The notes under the pieces: generated by a model
What the model saw: the letters and a program-made list of their open reading frames with translations, nothing else
Told to the model about the DNA's origin: nothing
Databases searched by the model: none
Virus record (IMG/VR): IMGVR_UViG_3300045988_093281
DNA length: 40,142 bases
Source of the DNA: a virus
Direction: 5' to 3' (one strand)
Shown here: positions 39,739 through 40,142 of the stretch, in pieces
How positions within the stretch are numbered: the first letter of the stretch is position 1
Layout: every line of letters begins with the position of its first letter
Made by a program: the position numbers and the translations under genes

Positions 39739-40142
39739 CACAGCTCCTCCTCATCAAGCTCAATCTGAGTCTCTGCAAGGTCTGCGGCAAGCTGGTATGC
39801 TTTTCCGTGCTTGCTGTCACCATGGGTCTGCTTGACCTTCACGCGAAACTCAGCCACCGTGCCACGGAAGCATCCGCAGCAAACGGAGATAGCAAAGCCA
39901 GTCAAAAACTTCGTGCGGAAGAATGTAGTCGTATCATCACGGCTGCCAATTGGACTAACAGTCAATACATGGTCTGTTTTGGACACCCGGGCCTCGCCGA
40001 ACACCTGGGCCTCGCCGAACACCCGGGCCTTGCCGAACACCTGGGCCTTGTCGGACACCCGGGCCTCGCCGAACACCCAGGCATCGCCGGACACCCGGGC
40101 CTCGCCGAACACCCAGGCATCGCCGGACACCCGGGCCTCGCC
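39738..40142 (-). CDS. C-terminal part of the hexad-repeat protein (continues from 1..288)
   Basis: Frame is open at 40142. Hexads ARVSGD/AWVFGE/ARVSDK/AQVFGK, then a non-repeat tail ..TTTFFRTKFLTGFAISVCCGCFRGTVAEFRVKVKQTHGDSKHGKAYQLAADLAETQIELDEEEL. Confidence 0.8.
   Translation of the reverse strand, partial: GEARVSGDAWVFGEARVSGDAWVFGEARVSDKAQVFGKARVFGEAQVFGEARVSKTDHVLTVSPIGSRDDTTTFFRTKFLTGFAISVCCGCFRGTVAEFRVKVKQTHGDSKHGKAYQLAADLAETQIELDEEEL
39975..40142. repeat. Tandem 18/36-nt coding repeats, second block
   Basis: Same unit family as 1..132. Confidence 0.9.
40095..40142. repeat. 48-nt terminal overlap identical to bases 1..48
   Basis: Direct comparison of both ends, base by base. Confidence 0.9.

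Noticed and set aside
1-40142. Integrated prophage with host flanks, or presence of tRNA/rRNA genes
   Set aside because: No recognisable host housekeeping gene lies at either end, and the ends overlap within one phage gene. No cloverleaf-like tRNA candidates were noticed by eye, though a dedicated tRNA scan was not possible.

Overview
The window reads as one complete, circularly permuted genome of about 40.1 kb from a temperate, siphovirus-type dsDNA phage. Its host is probably a GC-rich Gram-positive, Clostridia-like bacterium. The first and last 48 nt are identical and one gene is split across the window ends. No host genes, tRNA, rRNA or CRISPR array were seen. All calls come from reading the supplied translations and the DNA by eye; no searches were run.

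Layout:
(i) Plus-strand lysogeny module, 2.4-6.2 kb: CI-like XRE repressor, a 2-TM protein, a membrane-anchored HTH protein, and a large serine recombinase with a candidate attP just upstream.
(ii) Minus-strand early/replication arm running 2341->1 and continuing 40142->33376. It has translationally coupled micro-ORFs, a lipoprotein, a hexad-repeat protein bracketed by a duplicated CxxC mini-gene, HNH, SSB, two DUF1064-type nucleases and an HUH rolling-circle Rep. No helicase or primase is recognisable.
(iii) An ORF-free 0.5-kb iteron region, an RHH regulator, and an AT-rich operon (32.5->30.8 kb) that the RHH probably controls, closed by tandem terminators.
(iv) Minus-strand late operon 30.6->10.5 kb: HNH, cos region, TerS, TerL, portal, ClpP-like protease, HK97-type capsid, connectors, major tail, G/GT frameshift chaperone, 1400-aa tape measure, Dit, Tal, NlpC/P60 tail protein, collagen-like fibre, XhlA-like protein, holin, GH25 endolysin.
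(v) Two accessory cassettes diverging from 8467-8639, between the lysis genes and the integrase.

Best candidates for something undescribed:
- the low-complexity / Cys-rich / C1q-like cassette at 6228-8466;
- the palindrome-controlled plus-strand operon at 8521-10475;
- the RHH + iteron + candidate antisense RNA island at 31644-33374;
- the tandem-repeat-encoded hexad protein cassette at the circular junction.
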